Below are positions 38,901 to 48,370 of a stretch of 64,000 nucleotides of DNA, in pieces. The stretch's first letter is position 1, and each line of letters starts with the position of its first letter. Origin of the DNA: Camelus ferus (taxonomy: Eukaryota); the NCBI RefSeq assembly GCF_009834535.1, contig NC_045697.1, positions 80,726,001 to 80,790,000 of the forward strand, written 5' to 3'. Made by a program: the position numbers and the translations under genes. The notes beneath the pieces are model-generated. The model had not been told where the DNA came from. It saw nothing but the letters and a program-made list of their open reading frames with translations, and searched no databases.

Positions 38901-40131
38901 CAACTCTTGAACAATAAGCCTCTATTTTACATAAACAGCTAAGTTGCAGAAATAATAACCTAAGCTATTTACTATAGAAATTGTATATGACCATACATAG
39001 GCAAAAAGGGCTTCTTTTCACAGTTGCTGATATGATTACTTTCCTCCCTCGTTACCTCAGGAATCCGTGTTTCCAGAAAGATGCAGCACACAGAAACATT
39101 CCATTTGAAACAGACTTCACACCAATTTTTCCAAGCACAGAAACAAAAGTGTGTACTGATCAGGAAGGAAAGCGAGTGAATTATTCTGCACCATAACATA
39201 ATCTGAATGTGGTGAAACAGGTTTTATTTACTATACTGCTTCAAAAAAAGAATCACTCTGCTGTAGCATGAAAGACACTGTGCATGTAGGATATTTCTGA
39301 GAGTTTGGGTTCTAGGACAAATCTATTTCGATACTCTGTTCTACCTCAATTCTGAGTACTCTAAAGGGATTCTTTATTGCAGTATGATGATAGGCATATG
39401 AATTTTTTCAATAAAATGACTAAGGTTAATAGTGGTTGAAATGTAGGTATGAATCCTATGTACACATTTAAAAGGGAGGGTGGAAATGAGGGTGTATCAA
39501 AGCCTTTTTGTTCATCGTGTAGAGAAAATTAAGAATAAAGATAAAGAAAAGAAGAGATGAGAGTTGGACAGAAGAAAAAGTAAAAGCTTCTGACAATAAT
39601 GATACAATCCCTGGATCCAGTCATGCCTGAGGCCAGGCCCCTCAGCTTTTAAGTAGTCTGTACCCCCTCTCATAAATCGCAGAGCTGAGTGTTTAGGAGG
39701 ACACAACAAGATGTGCAGTAGCCCAAGATTTTAGGAATGAGAACATGTATGTGTAAAATGGTAACCTGTTTCATGTGTTAGGATGCCCTGTCAGAGAGTT
39801 GTGTAAACAAAATGAATTAGAATGATTTCAGAAGAAGGGGTCACAACTGTAGTTGGAGATGTGAATAAAAGCTGAATGAACAGGACTGCATGTTCTCTAC
39901 AATGGTTGATATAATTCGAGTGAAAGTGGGAAAACATTTGTTGAATTGATAATTTTGTTGAATCTTAACTAGGACAGAGTCACATCTTATAAACCATTAC
40001 CTCCCCCCCCCCAAAAAAAACATATCTAATGAAAATTACTCTTTTTAAAACACACATTTTTTTGTGCTCTTAAACTGTGTGCCCCCGTTCTTCCATTATG
40101 GTCTTCAGTGGTACTCTAGGCCAGCATAGGT

Positions 40132-40245
40132 CAGGGTGCCGTGTGTGGCCATTGGGCTGGTAATGCATAAACCCAGGGGCATCTTATTTAGACTTTGATG
40201 TGTGAAGTATCCTGGAATGAGGCAGTGCAGAGATTGTGAGCATTT
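40132..40245. mobile_element. MER91-like hAT-Tip100 MITE, degraded
   Basis: CAGGGTGCCGTGT...CCAGGGGCATC...TAGACTTTGATGTG...CCTGGA...GCAGTGCA. Confidence 0.45.
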
Positions 40246-40331
40246 GGATAAACTGAACACAGGATACTACTGAATGTATGATTGGAGATAGTTTCAGAAA
40301 ACTGTATAACCTACAATTTAGAAATAATGAT

Positions 40332-40339
40332 TGACGTCA
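40332..40339. promoter_or_regulatory. Palindromic CRE (CREB/ATF)
   Basis: TGACGTCA; motif only. Confidence 0.25.
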
Positions 40340-40384
40340 CTGTGCTTATGTTTAAGTAGAATCATCTTCAGAATGCTGTCACTT

Positions 40385-40620
40385 ATTCATTCATGCAAAA
40401 ATATTTTCTAAGCAACACTCATGTTCTAGGAACTTCATTAAAGTCTAAAGATACCATGGTAAGCAACAGAGATATGATTGCTATGTTCATAGAGTTTGCA
40501 TTCCATTCTGATGGGAGGCAGTCAGATGTTCTTACTGTGATATGCATAAACGCTACATTGAGAGATCTATATGGTACTGTGGGCAGATGGAGGAAGGGCA
40601 TTTAAATTGAAATCTAGTCA
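40385..40620 (-). mobile_element. L2 tail fragment
   Basis: ATTCATTCATGCAAAAATATTT...ATGTTCTAGG...CATAGAGTTTGCATTC. Confidence 0.65.
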
Positions 40621-42269
40621 ATGAATCAGACCAAAGGGTTTAAAATATTATATAAGTATCTTCTGTAAATAGTCTGTAGGGTTTACTTTTTCATACTTGT
40701 GAGTTGGAAAAAAGCAGCAAAAGTCAATCAAAGAAATGAAAGATACTGAGGTTTTCTGGAGTTCCATCATCACGACTTCTCACCAGTTACTATACTGAAT
40801 GCACAAATTCTGCTAATTCACTATTGTTCTTACTTTTACTGTTGTTCTTTGTTGTCTCTGGTCACAACTAGGGTTAAACAAGTATTATTCTCATGACAGA
40901 TGTTCCTCATTGATATCAATTTATAGACCACTGAGAGGAATCTCAAAAAATTAGAATTCTAAAAAGCCATCCACAGCCTATTTTAGTATACCCTCTTCTT
41001 GAGCAAACCAATTAGAACCATTTTATAAAACTGTCTGCTCTGCAAGTTTCTCCTCTGTTTATTCTTCCTCCCACTCATGGCCCAAAGCAGGACACAGGCT
41101 CAGACCTCTCTTTTGTTCTCCCTTCAACTGGGGAGTTTACCTCAGGCCTTCCAGTGAATGCTTGCTCTCTAAAGGAGCTGAACTCAGCATTCGGTTACAT
41201 TGGAAGAATTTTTGTCATATTGCCATTAGTTTAGGGCCTGTGCCTCCCTCTTGTGCTGAAGTGTACAGGCATGTTAAGCCTCCCTATTCACTATACTTCT
41301 TGGCTATATATGGTGTAACCTTCTGTACCCTGGGATACCTAGCCTAATCTTTTGTAGAGAAGGTACGTGCAATATGCAAGAAAAGAGGACAACATCATTG
41401 AGAATGTAGCACTGACGTGATTGGGAATATGCAAACCCAACCTGGCTAAGAAAGCAACAATAGGAATTTAAGAAGCCATATTCATGGATTTTTAACAGGA
41501 CCTAGAGGAAAATTACAAGAGTAGAATTCTTATAAATCCTTGGTTGAATGTGCTCAGAAAAACAAAACAAAAAAAAAAGATACATAAAATATGCTAAAAA
41601 TTTTATACATTTTGTAACTATGCACATGAATTCTCAAAGAATGAGAAACAAAGATAGGTAACACTGATTTATCCTAATTAATTTGGTAAGGTTGGAATTG
41701 ATTTGGCCTCCTTCTTATAATTAATTTGGTCTGTGATTTCTAATAAGAAAACAAAACAGCAATTTTTATTATAATGCTTCAATTAATTGGAAGAATATAA
41801 TAATATTATAAATAGAGCTAGCTATATGTAAAAATAATTGGACATGATACATTTAAACAAAAAATACTAGCTTATAACCAAATTCATTATCATAAATTCA
41901 ATTTAAATAGGGTTGAGAAAATTAGGGTATAATTCTGTAACATTACCCAGGTTAGGCCATCCCTCAAATTGGGAAAGAACCCAGGTTAGGCTGAGTTAAC
42001 TAAGCACTGCAGAGGAGAATTTTGGCACTGGAAGCATGCAAGTTCCCCGACTATGGTAAGCTTTTGTGCCTCCCTTTGCCATTGTTTAAGAAGCCAACTA
42101 TGTATTACCAAAGATGATGCTCTGAGGAAAAATATGCCTCAGAAATTCTAGGAACCTGTATCACTTCAAACAAAGGCCCCTTATATAAGCTCCTAGACTG
42201 CCGGTTCTGATTAGGCTATAAAGTTTGTTTGGTCCAGTTTTATATTACTATATAATTTGGATAAACGAA

Positions 42270-43570
42270 AGACTACATGTTGTATACATGTAAGTGGCTT
42301 CTCCACTGTCTCATTCTCCTATATATCCCCACCACACCTGGAAGATAACCAGTATGTTTATGTTTGTGTTTATTGCTTTCTTTATATTTGTTAAAATTGT
42401 TTCATCACACATGTATGCATCTCTTAATAATATATTACTTAGTTTTGCTTGTGTTTTAGCTTTGTAAAAAATAGTATCATCCTATATATGTTGTTTTTAT
42501 GACTTTTCCCATTCAAAAGTATGTTTCTAAGAGCCATCCATTTTACTGCATATGGCTTTTTTTCATTGCTGTGTGATATTCAGCTGTGTGAACTATTACA
42601 ATTTATGCTCAGTTCTCCTATTTTTGGATGCTGGTGTTGCTTTCAATATTTTTCCATAATGAGTAGTGATAAATAAGTGATGTGAATGGTACTAAGTTTT
42701 TTTTGCATTTGTCTTTTGATACACATTTTCATTAATTTCTCTAGAGCATATATTGAGGAGTTGAATTGATGGGCTTTGTGTATGTGAATATTCACTAAAA
42801 AATAATTTTAAATTGTTTTCCAAAGTGATTGTATCATTTTACATTCGCACCTCAGTGCATAAGAGTTCCTGTTCACCTACAAATTTTCCAAAGCTCAGGA
42901 TAGTTAAAATATTTTTTTCTGGTCTAGTACACATAAATCATTTTGGTTTTAATTTACATTTCCCTAATCACTAAGGTTGAATATATTTTTATATATTTAT
43001 TATTCATCTGGGCTTTTTCTTCTGTGAAATGGCCATTCTATTACTCATTCTCTTTTTAGATTTTTTTTGTCTTTTTAAAAACCTTATTTGAACATTTTCT
43101 TTATATATTCTGGTTTATGAATCCTTGGCCAGTCATACGTATTAACAAATACCTGACTCCGGTTTGTAGTTTGTAATTTTTCTTTTTACAAGTGTGGGTG
43201 GTGGGAAGAAAGATATATTTTATTGAATGGAAGTTCTTCATTTTAATATAAGCACATTTATTAACATGTTAATGGGCAGTACTTTTTGTGTTCCCTTGGA
43301 AAAAAATTCTTATGTGGAGTAAACAACAAAGGAATTCTTTTCTTATATTTTCTTCCTAAAGGTTTAAAGTTTTGCCTTTTATAAGCCTTTAATCTACCTA
43401 AAATTGATCATTATACTGTTGTGAGATTAATGTTCAATTTCTTTCTTCTTCTGGTTAACTACTACTCTCAGCACAATTTATTGAATATTCCCTCCTTTCC
43501 CTGCACTATATCTTTTGTTTTACACTGTATCCACATATATGGACCTTTTCCTGGGCTCTCTCCTTGGTCT
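42270..43570 (-). mobile_element. Ancient L1 (L1ME-like) 3' region
   Basis: AATTGTTTTCCAAAGTGATTGTATCATTTTACATTCGCAC...AGAGTTCCTGTT; CAGCACAATTTATTGAATA. Confidence 0.8.
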
Positions 43571-43601
43571 AGAGAGAATTTCTGATCTGTTTAAGGCTAT
43601 T

Positions 43602-44020
43602 CAGCCATACCTTGCTTCATTTTACTATGCTTCACAGATAGTCATTTCTTACAAAATGAGAGTCTGTGGCAATCCTGCATCAAGCAAGTCTATTGGCATT
43701 CTCTTTTCAATAACATTTGCTCACTTCCTATCTCTGTGTTAAGTTTTAGTAATTCTGGTAATATTTTAAACTATCCACCAGCAAAATGATTACAACTTGC
43801 TGAAGACTCAGTTGATGGTTAATATTTTTTAATTAGAGAATGTATGTTGTTTTTTGAGACCTAATACTATTTTATTTCACACTTAATACACTACAGTATA
43901 GTGTAAACATAACTTTTATATGCACTGAGAGACCAAAAATCCTGTGTCTCACTTTATTGCAATATTCACTTTATTGTGGTGGTCTGGAACAGAACCCACA
44001 ATATCTCTGAAGTATGCCTG
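43602..44020 (+). mobile_element. Tigger1 internal-deletion derivative (non-autonomous Tc1/mariner)
   Basis: Terminal inverted repeats CAGCCATACCT / AAGTATGCCTG followed by TA; Tigger1 5' arm (GTGGCAATCCTGCATCAAGCAAGTCTATTGGC) joined to its 3' arm (TCCACCAGCAAAATGATTACAACT). Confidence 0.9.
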
Positions 44021-44628
44021 TACTTCAGTCCTGGTCTTCACCTGAACATAGCTATGTCTGTCTTCTAACTCTGTATTCTTGACTGTCTCGTTCAAGATTT
44101 AACTTGTAAGAAAGTAGTGTTTTCAATTTTTTTAATAAAGGGAAAAATAACTCACTTGGACTGTTATTCTCCTGCTGTAGTATTTTTGTTTCTGTGTCCT
44201 TTCACACATTTTCCCACAAATGTTGAAAACTCAGGAAACACACTTTCTTCCTATGAAAACATGCCCCACTAACACCTGCAAACTAGAGCCAAAACAAAAA
44301 TATATACATTCCTTAGCACTGTTGATGTATGCCTCATCCTTCTTAGATAGGGGGAATTTTAGACCTTCCCCTTGGATTTAGACAAAAAGAACACATCTTA
44401 TACACTATGGTTTGTAGGAGATTGTCCCCAATTCTTTACGAACTCTTCGTTATGTGATAGTTTTCTATGTTCTAATGTAAATATTTCCTTGGAAGTAGCA
44501 GCTGGAATAAAAAAGTGGGTTGTGAAGATTTAATTGATTTTCAAAAACATTGGTACAGCTTAACTATTGACTAACAGGAACCTCTAGTTTCTGACAAAAA
44601 TTTAAGGTTGTGGACTTAAATTAGAAAT

Positions 44629-45427
44629 GTGGGTTTGTCATAAATAGCTTTTATTATGTTGAGATATGTTCCCTCTATACTCACTTTGGTAAGAGTTTTT
44701 ATCATAAATGGGTGTTGAATTTTATCGCATGCTTTTTCTGCATTAATTGAGATGATCACATGATTTTTGGCCTTTCCTTTGTTGATGTGGTGTATCACAC
44801 TGATTTGTGTATGTTGAACCATCCTTGTGTCCCTGGTATGAATCCAACTTGATCATGGTGTATGATTTTTATTATGTGCTGTTAGGTTCTATTTGCTAAT
44901 ATTTTGTTGAGGATTTTTGCATCTATGTTCATCAATTATATTGGCCTGTCATTTTCTTTTTTGATATTGTCTCTGTCTGGTTTTGGTATCAGGGTAATGG
45001 TGGCTTCATAGAATGAGTATGGGAGTGCTCTCTCATTTTCAGTCTTTTGGAAGAGTTTGAGAAGGATCAGTATGAGTTCTTCTTTGTATGTTTGGTAGAA
45101 TTCCCCAGTGGGGCCATCTGGTTCTGGACTTTTGTTTATAGGGAGTTTTTTTTTTTTTATTGCTGATTCTATTTCATTTCTAGTGATCAGTCTGTTCAAG
45201 TGGTCTGTTTCTTCTTGTTTCAGTCTTGGTGGACTGTATGTTTCCAGAAACTTGTCCATTTCTTCTAGGTTGTCCAATTTGTTTCCATATAGTTGTTCAC
45301 AGTATTCTCTTACAGTTTTTTGTATTTCTGTGGTATTGGTTATAATTTCTCCATTTTCCTTCCTTATTTTGTTTATTTGTGTTCTCTCTTTTCTTCTTGG
45401 TGAGCCTGGCCAGAGGTTTGTCAGTTT
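44629..45427 (-). mobile_element. Isolated internal L1 ORF2 fragment (linker/Z region to RT N-terminus), young
   Basis: Translates to [20 protein letters not shown]...[20 protein letters not shown]...[13 protein letters not shown] and IHHINK...[18 protein letters not shown]; no 3'UTR or poly(A). Confidence 0.95.
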
Positions 45428-46151
45428 TGGCTTGGCAAAGATTTTTTGTTTAAACAGTTGTATATTGTTTGCCTTCTTAACCTCTTTGCAATAAATCTTT
45501 GAAAACAAGAAAAACAGCACTGTAAGTATCTAATGTAAATAAGACATTTATAAGCAAACATTGGAACTAAATATTAAATTCAAGTGTGAATTGATAGAAG
45601 AATGTGTTGGCATCATCCTTGGTTCTGTGAGACTTTATAAGTGCTAACTAATATTGCCCTATTTCTAAATAAGGTAGGAAATGTTTCTTGGACAAAATTA
45701 AGCATGACTCAATTTATGAGTCCACAAAGAACATTTGACACTGAAGGCCCACAAATTAGTCTATCTAAACAGGTCTATATACTGAAACTAACGTATCTCA
45801 TTCCTCTCCTTTCATTCAAGTTCAAGATGGATCTGGAGAGTTTTCTGAATTAACTCACCCTTCTCCTTAACCACATCACATTGTTTACTTGGTCATGAAG
45901 TTCAACTTACTTTTGGAATTGTATTCGATGATTACAATGTTATGTGACTATATAATTGTCACTTTTACCTCAAGTGCCTGGTGTCAGGAACTCAAGTTAT
46001 GTAACATGTGACCCCAAACTGCACAGTTATGTTACCTGAGGGTCTTCCAGTCATTTCATGTTGAATGTCATGATCCGTATGCATGATTCTGTTTGCTTCA
46101 CCAACCCTTCAGTGCACCCAGGGCATTAAAAGAAATTTCGAGGGAGAGAAG

Positions 46152-46161
46152 CAAGATGGCG
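46152..46161 (+). promoter_or_regulatory. YY1 site of the L1 internal promoter
   Basis: CAAGATGGCG about 12 nt from the L1 5' end, the canonical position. Confidence 0.8.
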
Positions 46162-47467
46162 GAGTAGAAGGATGCTTGTAGCTCACCCTCTACCACAAAT
46201 ACACCAAAACTCACATCTATGGACCTACTCAGCCAACCAGAGCACCTGCCGAACTCTGACAGAACATCACCCTCTTCGAAAGGCAAAGATGCCAAAAATC
46301 TGGTAGGAGAAAAGGATAAAAGAAAGAAGAAAAAGCAAAACAGTGCCGGACCGATCCTGTGAGGAGGGAGCGGCAAAGGAGTACTGGTGCTCGTTCACTG
46401 GGTCTCCCTCCTCCAACGGAGAGGCCAGCAGGGCGGAAGGGGAGCCTCTGAGGCTCAGATCTGCCCCGAGAACCCCTTGACCAACAGAACTGAGTAAAAT
46501 GGGCACAAAGGGTCCCCGCAACACCCAGCCCAAGGTGCGAGCCAGCAGCTGGGGCCATTATGGTCTGCCCAAGCCGGGCAGAGGACTGGGGCGGCTGCAC
46601 TGAGGCAGCCCCGGGGGACTGCAGGGTGCTGCACGCCGTGGCTGGGAGGGGATATGAAGCAGAACAACCTCTGTCCCCCATAAATTGCGAAAAAAGCAAA
46701 GCAACACAACTGGTGTGCCCTGGTGGGAGGGGCGCTGTAGCCTTTGTCTCCTCAGACCTGGGCCGCCATTACTGGCACTTCTCGTGAAAAGAGAGGCAGG
46801 GCCTAACCACAGCTGCCATGTCCTCCTGTGTGCAGCGCCCAGGTGGGGGCCGGCCGAGCCCTGAATCTGCACCGGGGGGCTCCTCAACCTCCTAGGCAGG
46901 ACTGAGACTTGTTTACAGCCCAAGGCAGATAGGATTTTTCTGCCCTGGCACCTCAGAGAACTTGCCCCACCAAGACAAACAAGGAGCTGAGATTTGGCAT
47001 GGAGCAGGGGAAGGGCCGTTCCGCAGTCTTCCCTGAGCCCACCTTCGGAGCATTGACCCGAGGCAGAGCGGGCAGCTGCACAGAGCAGCAGAGCCACTGG
47101 CCCCGGGAGAGGGTGGGCTGCCACCCCCCCTTCCTGGCAGGAACGCAGCACTTGACCATGGTGCTGGGAGGGGGCACGATCCACCCATCTGCCTTCCCCC
47201 AAGCACAGCATCTGACTGTGGTATCGGGAGGGGGAGGGGGAGTGACCCGCCCGCCCACCAGGTAAGAGCTCAGCTCCTGACCCAGTGTTAGGAGAGGGCG
47301 CAATCTGCTATCTGACAGCTACTGGGAGCAGCACAGGCGAGGTCGCCAAGAGAGGGCCTCTAGAAACAGCAAGCTGAGTTTGCAAAACAGGGCAAAGACA
47401 CAAAGATCTCTTGATAAAATCATTAAGAGCACACCATCTCCAGGAGAACTAGATAACTGATAGAGAT

Positions 47468-48370
47468 ATGAGCAATATGAAGAAGCAGAGGAACCACTCC
47501 CAATTAAAAGAGCAAGAGAAATCCCCTGAAAGCTTGATCAAGGAAATAGACATTGATGGCTTACTAGATCAAAATTTCAAAAGAGGAGTGATCAAAGTAC
47601 TGAAGGAACTTAAAGAAACAGTGTTTAGAGATATAAAATATGTGAAAAATGAAATAGAAGCTATAAAGAAGAACCAAGTAGAATTAGTAAACTCATTTGC
47701 TGAGATGAGAGCTCACCTAAAGGCTGTGCAAAGCAGGCTAGATAATGCAGAGGAACGAATAAGTGACCTAGAAGACAGGACAACAGAAAGCACCCAATCA
47801 GAACAGCTGAGAGAAAAACAAATTAAAAAAAAATGAAAACAATATAAGGGACCTATGAGATAATATAAAGCATGCCAATCTATGCATAATAGTGGTTCCA
47901 GAAGGGGAAGAAAGAACAAAGGGGACTGAAAAGGTATTTGAAGAAATCATGACTGAAAACTTCCCAAACCTAAAGAAAGAATCAGATATCCAAGTACAGG
48001 AGGCTCAGAGGGTCCCAAACAGGAAGAACCCAGACAGACTCACACCAAGACACATCATAATCAAAATGGCCAGAGTCAAGGATAAAGAAATGATCCTAAA
48101 GGCAGCAAGAGAAAAACAAAGAGTGAGTTACAAGGGAACTCCCACAAGGCTCTCAGCTGATTTCTCTACACAAACACTACAGGCCAGAAGGGAGTGGCAA
48201 GATATATCCAAAGTCCTGAATGAAAAAAAGATGCAGCCTAGGATGCTCTATCCAGCAAGGCTATCCTTCAGAATAGAAGGAGAGAGAAAGAACTTCACAG
48301 GCAAGCAAAACTAAAAGAGTTTAGCAACACTAAACCCATGCTAAAAGAAATATTGACAGGTCTACTCTAA
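47468..48370 (+). pseudogene. L1 ORF1p (coiled coil, RRM, CTD), disrupted
   Basis: MSNMKKQRNHSQLKEQ...SRLDNAEERISDLEDR; VPEGEE...ENFPNL...QVQEAQRVP...TPRHIIIK...LSADFS...ARREW...YPARLSF. Frameshift in A-run ~47830, in-frame TGA ~47856, frameshift ~48310; ends KEILTGLL*. Confidence 0.93.

Noticed and set aside
41946..41991. 13-bp direct repeat ACCCAGGTTAGGC with a 20-bp spacer (CRISPR-like)
   Set aside because: Only two copies in mammalian DNA and no cas genes; a simple local duplication
18950..45427. The deletion in the 16.85-20.39 kb L1 starts near the same DKPL motif where the isolated ORF2 fragment begins, suggesting relocation
   Set aside because: The isolated fragment is much less decayed, covers only part of the gap, and both copies retain the DKP motif; different ages make coincidence more likely
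46098..47303. Several long overlapping ORFs (up to 217 aa, mostly antisense) in the L1 5'UTR; possible ORF0 analogue
   Set aside because: Expected in GC-rich, stop-poor sequence; low-complexity P/G/A/S products with no recognisable domain
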